Positions 1 to 10,814 of a stretch of DNA of 64,000 bases are shown one piece after another. This stretch comes from Alphaproteobacteria bacterium (GTDB taxonomy: Bacteria; Pseudomonadota; Alphaproteobacteria; UBA7887). Made by a program: the position numbers and the translations under genes. The notes beneath the pieces were generated by a model. It saw nothing but the letters and a program-made list of their open reading frames with translations. It searched no databases and had not been told where the DNA came from. How positions within the stretch are numbered: the stretch's first letter is position 1; each line of letters begins with the position of its first letter. The stretch covers positions 2,368,001-2,432,000 of the forward strand of contig CBDCGL010000011.1 of NCBI GenBank assembly GCA_965216755.1, given 5' to 3'.

Positions 1-110
1 ACAATGAGATTGTATTAAGGTTCCTCAATACGGTCCGGCGGGTGCCTGCCCCGCCACCTAGAATTCCGCTCCGGCGAACAATAGCCAGCAATACGCCGCC
101 GAACAAGCAA

Positions 111-926
111 TCAAGCGGCCGATGCCAAACCAGACGCCTGACGTATCAAGCCGCCTAGCTCGGCATGCAAATGATTATTTGCAACAAGTATATTCGCGCT
201 GGCAAGAAGATCCGCCGCACCATTCAGGTCGGTGGCATAGCCACCCGCCTCGCGGACCAACAAAACACCCGCAGCAACGTCAGCCGGCTCACACCGATCC
301 CACCAAGCGGCATCTAGTCGTCCTGCTGCAACATAAGCAAGATCCAGCGCAATACAACCCGTCACCCGCAGGTCGCCCAGCCGCTGCCCCAACCAGGTGC
401 GATCGGGCGTTGGCGGGGCCGATTCAGTTTTCTCGACACCGCCGACACCGCCATCGGCAACCAATGAATCGTTCATGGTGCGGCGCGCCGATACCCGCAG
501 GCGATAGTCATTGAGGTATGCGCCGGTGCCACGATCGGCCCAAAAAAGCTCATCGCGCAGCGGATCGTAAACGACCGCCGCAGTCACTTCGCTGCCCGAT
601 ACATGCGCAAGGCTGATCGCAAAATGGGGCATGGCATGCGCAAAGTTTGTGGTCCCGCTAACTGGATCGATCGCCCAGCAATCGGGGCTGCGATATTCCC
701 ATTGCCGGCGCGTGCCCGACAGCGCCACCGAAAAACGTGGCCGCGCATGCTTGAGCTCCCGCAACAGGGCTTGCTCCACATGTCGAACGGCTTCGCGCGC
801 AAAGCCGGCAACGCCGCGCGGGCTTGATTGGAGATTGTCAAGCTCGCCAAAATCGCGCACCAGGCCACGTGTCGCCTTGCGCGCGGCAGCGGCCATAACG
901 TTCACATCTGCCGAGCGAACCGCCAC
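111..926 (-). CDS. suhB: Inositol monophosphatase family protein (SuhB)
   Basis: WAIDPVSGTTNFAH, LDLAYVAAGRLD and DVAAGVLLVREAGG motifs; GTG start at 926 chosen from the GGAGG RBS; adjacent to efp as usual in alphaproteobacteria. Confidence 0.85.
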   Translation of the reverse strand: MAVRSADVNVMAAAARKATRGLVRDFGELDNLQSSPRGVAGFAREAVRHVEQALLRELKHARPRFSVALSGTRRQWEYRSPDCWAIDPVSGTTNFAHAMPHFAISLAHVSGSEVTAAVVYDPLRDELFWADRGTGAYLNDYRLRVSARRTMNDSLVADGGVGGVEKTESAPPTPDRTWLGQRLGDLRVTGCIALDLAYVAAGRLDAAWWDRCEPADVAAGVLLVREAGGYATDLNGAADLLASANILVANNHLHAELGGLIRQASGLASAA

Positions 927-988
927 GGCATACCCTCCAAAAATTCGTACCGGTGTCGCGCCGCGATCGGCCGACGCCAATTCAGGTC

Positions 989-1555
989 CTAGTCCTTGGC
1001 CCGCTCCACATACGCGCCATCGGCCGTCGATACCACGACCCGCGTTCCGGTATCGATATGTGGCGGCACCATTGTCCGCACGCCGTTCTCCAACACGGCC
1101 GGCTTGAAACTGGACGCCGCCGTCTGCCCCTTGACCACTGGTTCGGTCTCGGTCACTGCAAGGGTCACGCTATCTGGCAAGACCACACTGAGCGGCTGTC
1201 CTTCGTGGGATTGTACCTGAACTTCCATGCCATCCTGCAAAAATCGGCGACTATCGCCCAGCAACTGGCCATCCAACGTGATCTGCTCGAAGGTTTCGCC
1301 GTCCATGAAAGTAAGTTGGTCGCCGTCGGCGTATAAAAACTGATAGCTATGCTCATCGAGCCGCACGCGCTCAACATTTTCCGCCGCGCGAAAGCGCTCG
1401 TTGAGTTTGGTGCCGTCATGCAAATTGCGCAGTTCCACCTGGTTGTACGCGCCGCCTTTGCCGGGTTGGGTCTGCTGGATCTTTACGGCACGCCAAAGCG
1501 CGCCGCGGTGCTCGATGACCATGCCCGGACGGATTGCGTTGCCATTAATTCTCAT
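989..1555 (-). CDS. efp: Translation elongation factor P
   Basis: [25 protein letters not shown] and YVER motifs. Confidence 0.97.
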   Translation of the reverse strand: MRINGNAIRPGMVIEHRGALWRAVKIQQTQPGKGGAYNQVELRNLHDGTKLNERFRAAENVERVRLDEHSYQFLYADGDQLTFMDGETFEQITLDGQLLGDSRRFLQDGMEVQVQSHEGQPLSVVLPDSVTLAVTETEPVVKGQTAASSFKPAVLENGVRTMVPPHIDTGTRVVVSTADGAYVERAKD

Positions 1556-1669
1556 GGGTCATCCTGATCGCTGGTGAATGCGGCGCCGAACGAGCCCGCG
1601 ACCGCGATGCGAAGCGGCGCGGAACCTATCAGGCCGGTGGCGGCAAGGCAACGGCGCGGCCGAAACCGA

Positions 1670-2344
1670 TCAGGCACCCTGGCGACCAGGCGCCAGGGCG
1701 ACTTGTTCGTTCAAGGCCGCCACTGCCGCGGCCGGTCCGCGCTCGTTATTCCAGACACTGCTGATGACGGCCAAAAAATCCGCGCCCGCGGTCACCAGAG
1801 ATTGGCAATTTTCCGCCGTAATGCCACCAATGGCAACACAAGGTACTGTGGTCATCGTCTGCCACCAAGTCAGGACGTCGGGTGTCGCACGGGTTGGCGG
1901 GTCTTTCGTTTGGGTCGGGAAAAAGGCGCCGAAAGCAACATAATCAGCGCCCGCGTCGGCCGCCACAATTGCACGATGCCGCGAGTCGTAGCAACTGACC
2001 CCGACAATGGCGGAGTCGCCGACGCGTTGACGTGCGTCCGCGTACGCCATGTCTTCGGTCCCGATATGGACGCCGTCGGCGCCCACTTCGGCCGCGATAT
2101 CGGGGTCGTCATTCACCAAGAATGCCACGTCTTGGGCATGACAGATCGGCATAAGGACCCGTGCGGCCCGAACCACCTCGGCTCGATCGGCGTCTTTCAG
2201 CCGCAACTGCAAACAGGCGACGTCACCGCCCGTCAGCGCCGCCGCCAAATCATCCGAGAACGCCTCTGGTTCCAGCGCCGGCGGCGTAATCAGATACAGC
2301 CGGCAGCGGGCCCGACCAGGCTGACACGGCGCACAATCGCCCAT
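1670..2344 (-). CDS. thiE: Thiamine-phosphate synthase
   Basis: [35 protein letters not shown] and VAIGGIT motifs. Confidence 0.93.
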   Translation of the reverse strand: MGDCAPCQPGRARCRLYLITPPALEPEAFSDDLAAALTGGDVACLQLRLKDADRAEVVRAARVLMPICHAQDVAFLVNDDPDIAAEVGADGVHIGTEDMAYADARQRVGDSAIVGVSCYDSRHRAIVAADAGADYVAFGAFFPTQTKDPPTRATPDVLTWWQTMTTVPCVAIGGITAENCQSLVTAGADFLAVISSVWNNERGPAAAVAALNEQVALAPGRQGA

Positions 2345-3265
2345 TCACGCAGCGTCGAGATAAATATTGATAATTTGGTCGAGCAGCTTGAGGGCGTCGT
2401 CGCGCGGTCGCTGGAACGTGTTTCGACCGATGATCGAGCCATTGCCGCCACCGTCGCGGATGGCGCGCACTTCGTCCAGCAAGCCATCGATGTCCTTTGC
2501 CGCACCACCCGAAAACACAACGATGCGCCGGCCGTTGAAGGCGGCTTGCACGATGTGATTGATGCGCGCGCTGAGCGTTGCGACGTCAATATCCTGCGCC
2601 CGATAAACTTTTGCGGCCTCATCAAGCCCCAATGCGTCCGTCGGTGGTTTGACCTTGATGATATGGGCGCCCAGAAGGGCCGCCATGTGCGCCGCATAGG
2701 CACAGATGTCGACCGCCGTTTCACCGGCCTTGGTGAGATTGCCGCCGCGCGGATAAGACCACACCACCACTGCAAGCCCATAGGCCTTGGCTTCCTCGGC
2801 CAGCTCGCGAATTTCTTCCATCATTTCAAATTGATGGTCGGATCCGGGATAAATCGTGAAGCCGATCGCGGCGCAGCCGAGCCGCAGGGCGTCGTGGATC
2901 GATGCCGTGACCGCCTGATCCTTGGAGGTCGCCAGGGAATTGGCGCTATTCATCTTTAAGATCGTCGGAATCTGACCGGCAAAACTGTCGGCGCCAGCTT
3001 CCAACATGCCGAGCGGCGCCGCATAGGCGTTGAGACCGGCGTCGACAGCCAGCTGGTAATGATAGTGGGGATCGTAGGCGGGCGGATTGGGCGCGAAACT
3101 GCGCGCCGGACCATGCTCAAATCCCTGGTCAACGGGCAAAATGACCAGTCGGCCCGTGCCACCCAGGCGCCCTTGCATCAGAATGCGCGCCAGATTGCCC
3201 TTGGTTCCCGGACAATCGCTCTCAAACCCTGCCAATATCTCCTTCACCCGTGGCGTGACTTGCAT
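2345..3265 (-). CDS. fbaB: Class I fructose-bisphosphate aldolase (DhnA type)
   Basis: ILPVDQGFEHGP, WSYPRG, HIIKVK and GSIIGRNTFQR motifs; ATG 3265 follows a GGGAGGG RBS. Confidence 0.92.
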   Translation of the reverse strand: MQVTPRVKEILAGFESDCPGTKGNLARILMQGRLGGTGRLVILPVDQGFEHGPARSFAPNPPAYDPHYHYQLAVDAGLNAYAAPLGMLEAGADSFAGQIPTILKMNSANSLATSKDQAVTASIHDALRLGCAAIGFTIYPGSDHQFEMMEEIRELAEEAKAYGLAVVVWSYPRGGNLTKAGETAVDICAYAAHMAALLGAHIIKVKPPTDALGLDEAAKVYRAQDIDVATLSARINHIVQAAFNGRRIVVFSGGAAKDIDGLLDEVRAIRDGGGNGSIIGRNTFQRPRDDALKLLDQIINIYLDAA

Positions 3266-3370
3266 AATTGAACCCTCCCAAAGCAAATCCATTCCTATCC
3301 ATCGATGTACCGCGTTGCGCCGTTTGCGCAAGAGCCGGCGACGCGAATCCCGCTATTTGGCGACCGCGCA

Positions 3371-3784
3371 CTAAGCATCTGTTTGCAGCCAGGCGCGGCA
3401 AGCCGCGTGCGGATCATCCGTCGCGGCCAGATCCAAGGCCGGCCCCGTGGGCATAGGCACAATCCGAGCACCTTGTTTGCGCGCCATATCGGCAAGCTTG
3501 GCAAAAACCGTATCCCGCCCGGAAAAGGCGATGGCCCGCCAGCCGCTGCGCAAGGCCGCCAGTGCGATGGCCGGATCGTCGCCCGCATCCAGAACGACCG
3601 CCACATCCGCGGGCCCACACGCCGCGTGTGCCATTTCGACCGCCTTCAGCAGAAAAAGAACGCCTGCATGGGCGGCCGCATCCGGCCCCGTCACAGCCAC
3701 AACCCGCCGGTTCAGCGCCCGTGCCCCGGCAAACACGATCCTCAAATCTTCCAGGTCGCGGACAATGACCGGCCCGCGGGCCAT
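3371..3784 (-). CDS. Small conserved hypothetical protein between pgk and fbaB
   Basis: ORF starts 3 nt after the pgk stop; Ala-rich with a VLDAGDDPAIALAALRSG motif. Confidence 0.6.
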   Translation of the reverse strand: MARGPVIVRDLEDLRIVFAGARALNRRVVAVTGPDAAAHAGVLFLLKAVEMAHAACGPADVAVVLDAGDDPAIALAALRSGWRAIAFSGRDTVFAKLADMARKQGARIVPMPTGPALDLAATDDPHAACRAWLQTDA

Positions 3785-3786
3785 TG

Positions 3787-4992
3787 TTAAGCTGCTTTCA
3801 AGGCCTCGACGCCCGGTAGCGGCTTGCCTTCCATCCATTCCAAGAACGCGCCGCCCGCCGTCGAAATATAACTGAACCCGGCGCTCGCCCCGGCATGTTC
3901 CAACGCCGCGACCGTATCGCCGCCGCCAGCAACGCTGATCAGCCCGCCGGCCTTGGTCATACGTGCTGTGGTCCGCGCCAACATTACGGTCGACGTATCG
4001 AACGGCGGCGTTTCAAACAACCCGACCGGGCCGTTCCACACAACCGTGCGACAAATCGGAATTTTGTTGCCGATCAGGTCGGCCGATTCCGGTCCAATGT
4101 CCAGGATCTTGGCATCGGCCGGGACCGCCTCAACACGGACCACGGCCGGCGCCGCGGCACTCTCGGCCCCCATCAAGACCACGGCATCGTGCGGCAATAT
4201 GATTTCGCACCCGGCGGCGGCCGCAGCCGCCATAATCTCGCGGGCCTGGTCGGCCATGTCGGCCTCGCACAAGGATTGGCCGACACCGTGACCTTGGGCG
4301 TACAGAAACGTATTCGCCATGCCGCCGCCGATCGCCAAAATGTCGACCTTGTGGATCAGATTACCCAGCAACGCCAACTTGGTCGAGACTTTGGCGCCGC
4401 CGACAATTGCCATAACCGGCCGTGCCGGGTTGCCGAGTGCCCGATCCAAGGCTTCGAGTTCGGCCTGCATGAGCCGCCCCGCCGCGTGCGGCAGCCGGGC
4501 CGGCAAACCGACCACCGAAGCATGGGCGCGATGCGAGGCCGAAAAGGCGTCGTTGACATAAGCATCGCCCAACGCCGCCAACGCGCCGGCGAATGCACCG
4601 TCGTTGGCTTCTTCGCCGGCGTGAAATCGCAAATTTTCCAGCAGCGCGAAATGTCCGGGCCGCAATTCGTCAACCACGGTCTGGACGCCCCTACCAATAC
4701 AGTCTTGGACCATTTGTACATCGGCGCCGCCCAATGCCTTTGAAAGCGGCAAGGCCAAAAAGGTCAGCGACAAATCGTCAACGCGCTTGCCTTTCGGCCG
4801 TCCAAAATGAGACAGGATCACCGTGCGCGCGCCGCGTTCCGCCAACTCAATCAATGTCGGCAGCAACCGGTCGATCCGCGTCGTGTCGGTGATTTCCCGC
4901 TCATTGTTGACCGGTACGTTCAAATCGGCGCGTAGTAGGACGCGACAGCCGCCAACATCCAGATCGTCTAGCGTCTTAAAGTTGGTACTCAT
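3787..4992 (-). CDS. pgk: Phosphoglycerate kinase
   Basis: RADLNVP, SHFGRPKG, LLENLRFH, GGAKVSTK and ISTAGGAFLEWMEGK motifs. Confidence 0.98.
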   Translation of the reverse strand: MSTNFKTLDDLDVGGCRVLLRADLNVPVNNEREITDTTRIDRLLPTLIELAERGARTVILSHFGRPKGKRVDDLSLTFLALPLSKALGGADVQMVQDCIGRGVQTVVDELRPGHFALLENLRFHAGEEANDGAFAGALAALGDAYVNDAFSASHRAHASVVGLPARLPHAAGRLMQAELEALDRALGNPARPVMAIVGGAKVSTKLALLGNLIHKVDILAIGGGMANTFLYAQGHGVGQSLCEADMADQAREIMAAAAAAGCEIILPHDAVVLMGAESAAAPAVVRVEAVPADAKILDIGPESADLIGNKIPICRTVVWNGPVGLFETPPFDTSTVMLARTTARMTKAGGLISVAGGGDTVAALEHAGASAGFSYISTAGGAFLEWMEGKPLPGVEALKAA

Positions 4993-5780
4993 TCGCGCGG
5001 AAATTTAGGTGGTCGCTTGGCAAAGAACGCTGAGATCCCCTCGCGCCCTTCATCGCCACGCAATGCGTCGGCAATGGCGCGGCTTTCAAATTCCATTTGA
5101 GTTTCCAGGCTTGCGGCACTGCCATCCAGAATCAGGCGCTTGGCATTTCCGAATGCGCCCAATGGCCCATCGACCAGGGCTTGCGCCATCGCCAATGCTT
5201 CCGGCAAGACGCGATCCGGCGCCACGACGCGATTGACAAGCCCCCAATCCAACGCCTCTTGCGCCGACAACACGCGATTCAACAACGTCATCTCGTGGGC
5301 CCGTCTCAGCCCGACAATCCGGGCGAGGAAAAATGTCGAACTGCCGTCGGGTGTCAGACCGGCGCGGGTATAGGCCATGGTGAATCTGGCGTTGTCGGCG
5401 GCAATGGCCAAGTCGCAGCCGCAGGCGAGGCTCAGACCGCCGCCGGCGGCCGTGCCATTCAACGCGGCAATGACTGGCGCATTCATGCGCGCAAACCGCG
5501 ACACCGCGGCATGTAAGTTGGTGGTCATCTCCTTGACCATCGCCGGCGCATCAGCGCCGGCCGCCACGAACGATGCCAAATCACCGCCGGCGCAGAACAT
5601 CTTATCCCCGGCCCCGGTCAGCACTACGGCCCGCACCTTGGGATCTTCATCGCATGCGATGGCGGCCCGCATCAATTCGACGGTCACCTGAAGGTTCAGA
5701 GCGTTGGCCGCGTCGGGACGATTGAGCGTGATTGTCGTGACACCGTCCGCGTGCGCGACCTTAAGCGTTTCGTAATTCAT
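4989..5780 (-). CDS. Enoyl-CoA hydratase/isomerase family protein
   Basis: ITLNRP..ANAL, FCAGGDL, NGTAAGGG and AFFAKRPPKF crotonase motifs. Confidence 0.9.
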   Translation of the reverse strand: MNYETLKVAHADGVTTITLNRPDAANALNLQVTVELMRAAIACDEDPKVRAVVLTGAGDKMFCAGGDLASFVAAGADAPAMVKEMTTNLHAAVSRFARMNAPVIAALNGTAAGGGLSLACGCDLAIAADNARFTMAYTRAGLTPDGSSTFFLARIVGLRRAHEMTLLNRVLSAQEALDWGLVNRVVAPDRVLPEALAMAQALVDGPLGAFGNAKRLILDGSAASLETQMEFESRAIADALRGDEGREGISAFFAKRPPKFPRE

Positions 5781-5822
5781 CGGGCCCTCCCTCACTGCAG
5801 GCGCAACCTTGCGCGGCGGCGC

Positions 5823-6827
5823 CTATAGGCCGCCAAGCAAAGCGGCGACGTCGTTCATCCGATTCGAGAACCCCCATTCATTGTCATACCATGACAAGAC
5901 GCGCACGAAACGGCCGTCAACCACTTGGGTTTGTGTCAGATCAAAAACCGAGCTGGCTTGGTTGTGGTTGAAATCGCAAGACACGAGCGGCATGTCGTTG
6001 GTCGCCAAAACACCGCTCATCGGTCCCGCCGCGGCAACGTTGATTGCGTCATTGATTTCCTCGACCGTGGTATCGCGCCCCGCCGTAAAGGTCAGGTCGA
6101 CCAGAGAAACGTTGGGCGTCGGTACGCGGATCGCGGTGCCATCGAGTTTGCCGGCAAGTTCGGGCAGCACCAAACCGACCGCACGCGCCGCGCCAGTCGA
6201 CGTGGGAATCAACGACATGGCCGCGCCCCGGGCCCGGTGCAAGTCCTTGTGCAGCGTGTCGAGCACCGGTTGATCGCCGGTGTACGAATGCACGGTGGTC
6301 ATGAAACCCCGTTCGATTCCCAGTGTGTCGTTCAACACCTTGGCCACCGGCGCCAGGCAATTGGTCGTGCAAGACGCGTTGGAAACAACTTCGTGCTCGG
6401 ACCCCAGCTGATCATGGTTGACGCCGAAAACCACGGTCAGGTCGACGCCAGTTGCCGGCGCCGATATCAGGACTTTGCGCGCGCCCGCCTCCAGATGCTT
6501 CGCCGCCGCATCACGTTTGGTAAAAATGCCGGTGCATTCCAGGGCAACGTCGATGCCGAGTGCTTTCCACGGCAAATTCGCCGGGTCACGCTCGGCGGTG
6601 ACCTTGATGCTTCCTTGGCCGACGTCGAGCTGATCGCCATTCACTTTGATATCGCCGGCAAATCGGCCGTGCACCGAGTCAAAGCGCAGCAGATGCGCAT
6701 TGGTTTCCACCGGTCCCAAATCGTTGATGCCGACCACTTGCACGTCGTTGCGACCGGCTTCCAGCGCGCTGCGCATAACCAAGCGTCCAATGCGGCCGAA
6801 ACCGTTGATCGCCAAACGAACCGCCAT
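5823..6827 (-). CDS. gap: Type I glyceraldehyde-3-phosphate dehydrogenase
   Basis: [21 protein letters not shown] and SWYDNEWG motifs. Confidence 0.98.
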   Translation of the reverse strand: MAVRLAINGFGRIGRLVMRSALEAGRNDVQVVGINDLGPVETNAHLLRFDSVHGRFAGDIKVNGDQLDVGQGSIKVTAERDPANLPWKALGIDVALECTGIFTKRDAAAKHLEAGARKVLISAPATGVDLTVVFGVNHDQLGSEHEVVSNASCTTNCLAPVAKVLNDTLGIERGFMTTVHSYTGDQPVLDTLHKDLHRARGAAMSLIPTSTGAARAVGLVLPELAGKLDGTAIRVPTPNVSLVDLTFTAGRDTTVEEINDAINVAAAGPMSGVLATNDMPLVSCDFNHNQASSVFDLTQTQVVDGRFVRVLSWYDNEWGFSNRMNDVAALLGGL

Positions 6828-6876
6828 AAACCTTTCCCTCCTTGATCGCAGTATCTGGAGCGCCCCTAACGGGCGG

Positions 6877-8883
6877 CTATAATTTCGCGCTTACGGCCGC
6901 ACTGACGGCATCCGCCGTCAAACCGAAATGGGCGTAAACATCCTTGTACGGGCCGGACACGCCAAATCCGTCAATACCAAAGAACAGGCCGTCCGCGCCG
7001 ATCCAGCGATCCCAGCCCAATCGGGCCGCGGCTTCGATGCCGACGCGCAACGTACCAACACCGAGGACTTTGCAGCGTTCCGCGGCTGGCCGTTGGGCAA
7101 ATAGCTCCCAGCACGGCATGGACACGACTCGTGCGGCGACACCACTATTTTGCAGTAAACGTTGAACCTCAACCGCCAGTGATACTTCCGATCCCGTGGC
7201 AAGTAGGCTGACTTGCGCGCTGCCCGACGCCGCCGCGATTTCATAGGCGCCGGCAGTGCAGCGGTTGCCATCGCCGCCATCGCGGCGAACCGCCGGCACG
7301 GTTTGGCGCGTCAGCGCGATCACCGTCGGACCGTCGCGGCGACGCAAGGCGATATCCCAGCATTCGGCGGTCTCGACCGCATCCGCTGGTCGCAAGACAA
7401 GCATATTCGGGATTGCGCGCAAGCTCGCCAGATGCTCGGCCGGTTGATGGGTCGGACCATCTTCGCCAAGCCCGATCGAATCGTGGGTCATCACGTAAAT
7501 GACTCGCTGGCCCATCAATGCCGACAATCGCATCGCCGGTCGCGCATAGTCACTGAACACCAGGAAGGTGCCGCCATAGGGGATAAAGCCCTTGTGTAAG
7601 GCAATACCGTTCATAGCCGCCGCCATGGCATGCTCGCGCACGCCGTAATAGATGTAGCGGCCGGTGAAATCGTCGGCCGAAACCGGCACCATGGCGTCGG
7701 TTTTGGTATTGTTCGAGCCGGTCAGATCGGCAGAGCCGCCGACCGTCATATTGAGCACGCTATTGACGTGGCCGAGCACATGCTGCGAGGCCTTGCGGGT
7801 CGCCATCGCCGGCGCCTTCGCCGTCAGCGTACGAACAAAATCCGCCAAATCGGCGGACCATGTTGGCGGCAGCGCGCCGGTTAGCGCGGTTTCAAACGCG
7901 TCACGCGTTTTCGCGGGTGCCGCCGCTTTGCGCGCCTCCCATGCGCGGCGCGCGCTGCCACCCCGCGCGCCGATTGCGCGCCAGCTGTCCAAAATGGCCG
8001 GCGGAATCTCGAACGGCGGTAAATTCCAGCCAAGCGCTTGGCGGGTGCCGGCAACCTCTTCCGCGCCAAGCGGAGCCCCGTGGGTCGCGGCAGAGCCGGC
8101 CTTGGTCGGCGCGCCAAAACCGATTGTGGTGTGGCAGGCGATCAACGACGGACGCGGATCGCGCTGGGCCGCACCAATTGCGGCCGCGATAGCATCAGGA
8201 TCGTGGCCGTCCGCCGACAGCACATGCCAACCTAGGGATTCGAAACGCATCAGTTGGTCGTCGGACACGGTCAGTGACGTTGGACCATCGATGGAAATGC
8301 CGTTGTCGTCGAACAGCACGATCAGTCGGTCGAGCTTTAGGTGCCCCGCCAGCGATGCGGCTTCGTGGCTGATGCCTTCCATCAGACAACCGTCACCCAC
8401 CAAAACGTAGGTATGATGGTCGACCAAGTCGGCCCCGAACCGCGCCGCCATCATCCGTTCCGCCAATGCCATGCCGACGGCGGTTGCCAAACCTTGCCCC
8501 AGCGGCCCAGTGGTTGTCTCAATTCCACCGACATGGCCGAATTCGGGATGCCCGGCGGTGACACTGCCGAGCTTGCGAAAATCGCGCAACGCCTGCAAAT
8601 CGACGCCCGAATAACCAGTCAAATAGAGCAATGCGTATAGCAGCATCGACCCATGACCGGCCGACAGCACAAATCGATCACGATCGGGCCACGTCGGATC
8701 CGCAGCATCGAATTTCAGAAAACGCGTTGCGAGTACAGTGGCGACGTCGGCCATACCCATTGGCATGCCGGGATGGCCTGATTGGGCCGCTTCCACGGCG
8801 TCCATTGCCAAAACCCGAATGGTGTTGGCCAACTCGCGGTGAGATAAGTCACCGTGACCTGGCCCAGGATCTATCGCTTGCAT
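6877..8883 (-). CDS. tkt: Transketolase
   Basis: [29 protein letters not shown] and [15 protein letters not shown] motifs. Confidence 0.98.
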   Translation of the reverse strand: MQAIDPGPGHGDLSHRELANTIRVLAMDAVEAAQSGHPGMPMGMADVATVLATRFLKFDAADPTWPDRDRFVLSAGHGSMLLYALLYLTGYSGVDLQALRDFRKLGSVTAGHPEFGHVGGIETTTGPLGQGLATAVGMALAERMMAARFGADLVDHHTYVLVGDGCLMEGISHEAASLAGHLKLDRLIVLFDDNGISIDGPTSLTVSDDQLMRFESLGWHVLSADGHDPDAIAAAIGAAQRDPRPSLIACHTTIGFGAPTKAGSAATHGAPLGAEEVAGTRQALGWNLPPFEIPPAILDSWRAIGARGGSARRAWEARKAAAPAKTRDAFETALTGALPPTWSADLADFVRTLTAKAPAMATRKASQHVLGHVNSVLNMTVGGSADLTGSNNTKTDAMVPVSADDFTGRYIYYGVREHAMAAAMNGIALHKGFIPYGGTFLVFSDYARPAMRLSALMGQRVIYVMTHDSIGLGEDGPTHQPAEHLASLRAIPNMLVLRPADAVETAECWDIALRRRDGPTVIALTRQTVPAVRRDGGDGNRCTAGAYEIAAASGSAQVSLLATGSEVSLAVEVQRLLQNSGVAARVVSMPCWELFAQRPAAERCKVLGVGTLRVGIEAAARLGWDRWIGADGLFFGIDGFGVSGPYKDVYAHFGLTADAVSAAVSAKL

Positions 8884-9222
8884 CGAAGGTTACAACGTAA
8901 TCGCGGGCGTTTTCTGGTTTATGAGCGGTGCAACATGAACGCCCTTGTCGCCGCCGTCAACAAGGGCGTCCCCGCCGCCCCGACCGACGATGGCGGCGGC
9001 CAAACCATGCCGATCGTCGCATCGGCTTCTGGTAGCGCCGCCAAGTCTTGGCATCGCCGATCGACCGCGCATGTGCAGCCCGGTTGACGTCTTTATGTAG
9101 CGGGATTTATTTTTCGAAATTCGAGTACTCTGTGAACGCGAAAGACGTATAACCATTGAACCAACCGCGCTCGCGTGTATGACACGGCCGTGGGATACGG
9201 ACCGGCCGGAATCGGGGTTGTC

Positions 9223-9510
9223 TTGGAGTCATTGGATAGCGCACATATTCGACTAGAGCAGGCATTGGACCGCCTAGAAGCCGCCGCTGAACGCGCCATC
9301 TTCTCCGCCGGGCAGGCGCAACGGGCGGCGGACGCAACGACCGAGGCAATTGGCGAAGAGTTGGCGCAATTGCGCGAAGACCGCGATCGGCTGAACAACA
9401 CGCTGTTGAGCACCAAGAAGAAGTATGACGATATCCGCGCCGTTTCGGAATCGCTTGCGGGCCGGCTGGAACGGGTGATCGGTCGGCTCAGGACGCTTCT
9501 CGAAGCATGA
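9223..9510 (+). CDS. Small coiled-coil protein (DUF4164/ZapB-like) upstream of zapA
   Basis: Heptad-rich sequence at the conserved position between tkt and zapA; start uncertain (9175 or TTG 9223). Confidence 0.65.
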   Translation: MESLDSAHIRLEQALDRLEAAAERAIFSAGQAQRAADATTEAIGEELAQLREDRDRLNNTLLSTKKKYDDIRAVSESLAGRLERVIGRLRTLLEA

Positions 9511-9569
9511 CAAACAGAACATCGAAGCATAGGCGATGACGGCGCCGCGTCTGGAATTGGTGACGTGAA

Positions 9570-9944
9570 ATGGGTCAGGTAACGGTTCAGATCAACGGTC
9601 GCGGCTATCCGATCTCGTGCGAGGATGGTCAAGAGGATCATCTGTCACGCTTGGCAAGCTATCTGAACGTGCGAGTCGAAGACCTGGCGAAGCGCGTCGG
9701 CCAAATCGGCGATGCACATTTGATGGTGATCGCCAGCCTGATGGTTGCCGATGAGCTTTCCGACGCTTACGACCAGATCGAATCACTGCAACAGCAGGAT
9801 CAAAGCGGCGGCGCGAATGACGGCACCGAAGCCGCGAACGCGGCCGCCGCCGCCGCCGCCGACCAAGAAGCCCGAATCGCCTCGGTTTTGAGCGCTATCG
9901 CCGATCGGGTCGAGCATATTGCTTCTCGGCTGGAGAGTGCCTAG
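9570..9944 (+). CDS. zapA: Cell division protein ZapA
   Basis: MGQVTVQINGRGYPISCEDGQEDHL and LMVADEL motifs. Confidence 0.92.
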   Translation: MGQVTVQINGRGYPISCEDGQEDHLSRLASYLNVRVEDLAKRVGQIGDAHLMVIASLMVADELSDAYDQIESLQQQDQSGGANDGTEAANAAAAAAADQEARIASVLSAIADRVEHIASRLESA

Positions 9945-9954
9945 CTTAGACATT

Positions 9955-10114
9955 GGGCGGGCACTGCGGGTCGCGTTAGGCAGCATTAATCTCTGGGCCA
10001 ATACCGTCCACTCGGGAGCTGTTCCTGCCGGCGGTGTGCCGCCGGTACACGGCGCCCACCTGTACATACAGGTCTCAGTGGATTAACCCGCCGACGGTCA
10101 CCGTGGTCCCACCC
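9955..10114 (+). ncRNA. ssrS: 6S RNA
   Basis: Canonical position between zapA and ygfA; ~160-nt long hairpin whose 5' GGGCGGG pairs with the 3' CCCACCC; contains the alphaproteobacterial 6S-like segments GGGAGCTGT and GGCGCCCACCT; ends approximate. Confidence 0.8.
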
Positions 10115-10171
10115 GACGGATAGACAACGTGGTCCCACCCGACGGATAGACAACGTAGTCCCACCCGACGG
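10102..10171 (+). repeat. 26-bp tandem repeat (2 exact copies plus 1 partial) overlapping the 6S RNA 3' end
   Basis: CGTGGTCCCACCCGACGGATAGACAA at 10102-10127 and 10128-10153; CGTAGTCCCACCCGACGG at 10154-10171. Confidence 0.95.
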
Positions 10172-10235
10172 CAGATGAACGGGCGCGCACCTGGCGCCAA
10201 CAGGACCGATACAAGTAAGCGAGACCATCGCCACC

Positions 10236-10814
10236 ATGTCGTCGGAAAAACACGCCTTGCGTGCACGATATAGATCGCTCAGAGCAAATCGCCACGATCG
10301 CGGCAGCGACGACGACGGGCGTCGGCTCGCCGAGCAGGTTTTGGCGCACGTGGCGTTGGCGCCGGGCGCGGCGATTGCCGGCTACTGGCCAATCCAATCC
10401 GAGATCGATGTTGTGCCGCTGCTCGTCACTTTGCACGAGCGCGGCCATCACATCGCCCTGCCGACAATTGCCAAAAAGAACGAACCATTGATCTTTCGCG
10501 CCTGGACACCGGGTGACGCATTGGCCACGGCAAGCTTCGGCACGCGTGAACCACACGCTGACAAAGCTCCAATTGTTCCCGATATTATGATCATCCCCGG
10601 CCTCGCGTTCGATCGCAGTCGCTATCGCTTAGGTTATGGTGGCGGATATTATGACCGCACCCTGGCTGCCCTGGCGCCACGTCGCGTCTTGGCGCTTGGG
10701 GTTGGGTATCACGAACAGATTGTTGAGACGTTGCCGCGCGAACCTCACGACCAACCCTTGGACATGGTCATCACGGAATCCGGCCCGGCGGCGCCGGTTG
10801 GTCGCCGGTCATGA
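10236..10814 (+). CDS. ygfA: 5-formyltetrahydrofolate cyclo-ligase
   Basis: PGLAFDRSRYRLGYGGGYYDRTL and EPHDQPLD motifs. Confidence 0.95.
   Translation: MSSEKHALRARYRSLRANRHDRGSDDDGRRLAEQVLAHVALAPGAAIAGYWPIQSEIDVVPLLVTLHERGHHIALPTIAKKNEPLIFRAWTPGDALATASFGTREPHADKAPIVPDIMIIPGLAFDRSRYRLGYGGGYYDRTLAALAPRRVLALGVGYHEQIVETLPREPHDQPLDMVITESGPAAPVGRRS

Noticed and set aside
1574-2959. 461-aa plus-strand ORF and similar long antisense ORFs (e.g. 33284-34276, 45541-46569, 61190-62317)
   Set aside because: Shadow frames opposite well-supported genes in GC-rich DNA
10102-10179. Possible mini-CRISPR array
   Set aside because: The units are contiguous with no unique spacers, and no cas genes are present in the window
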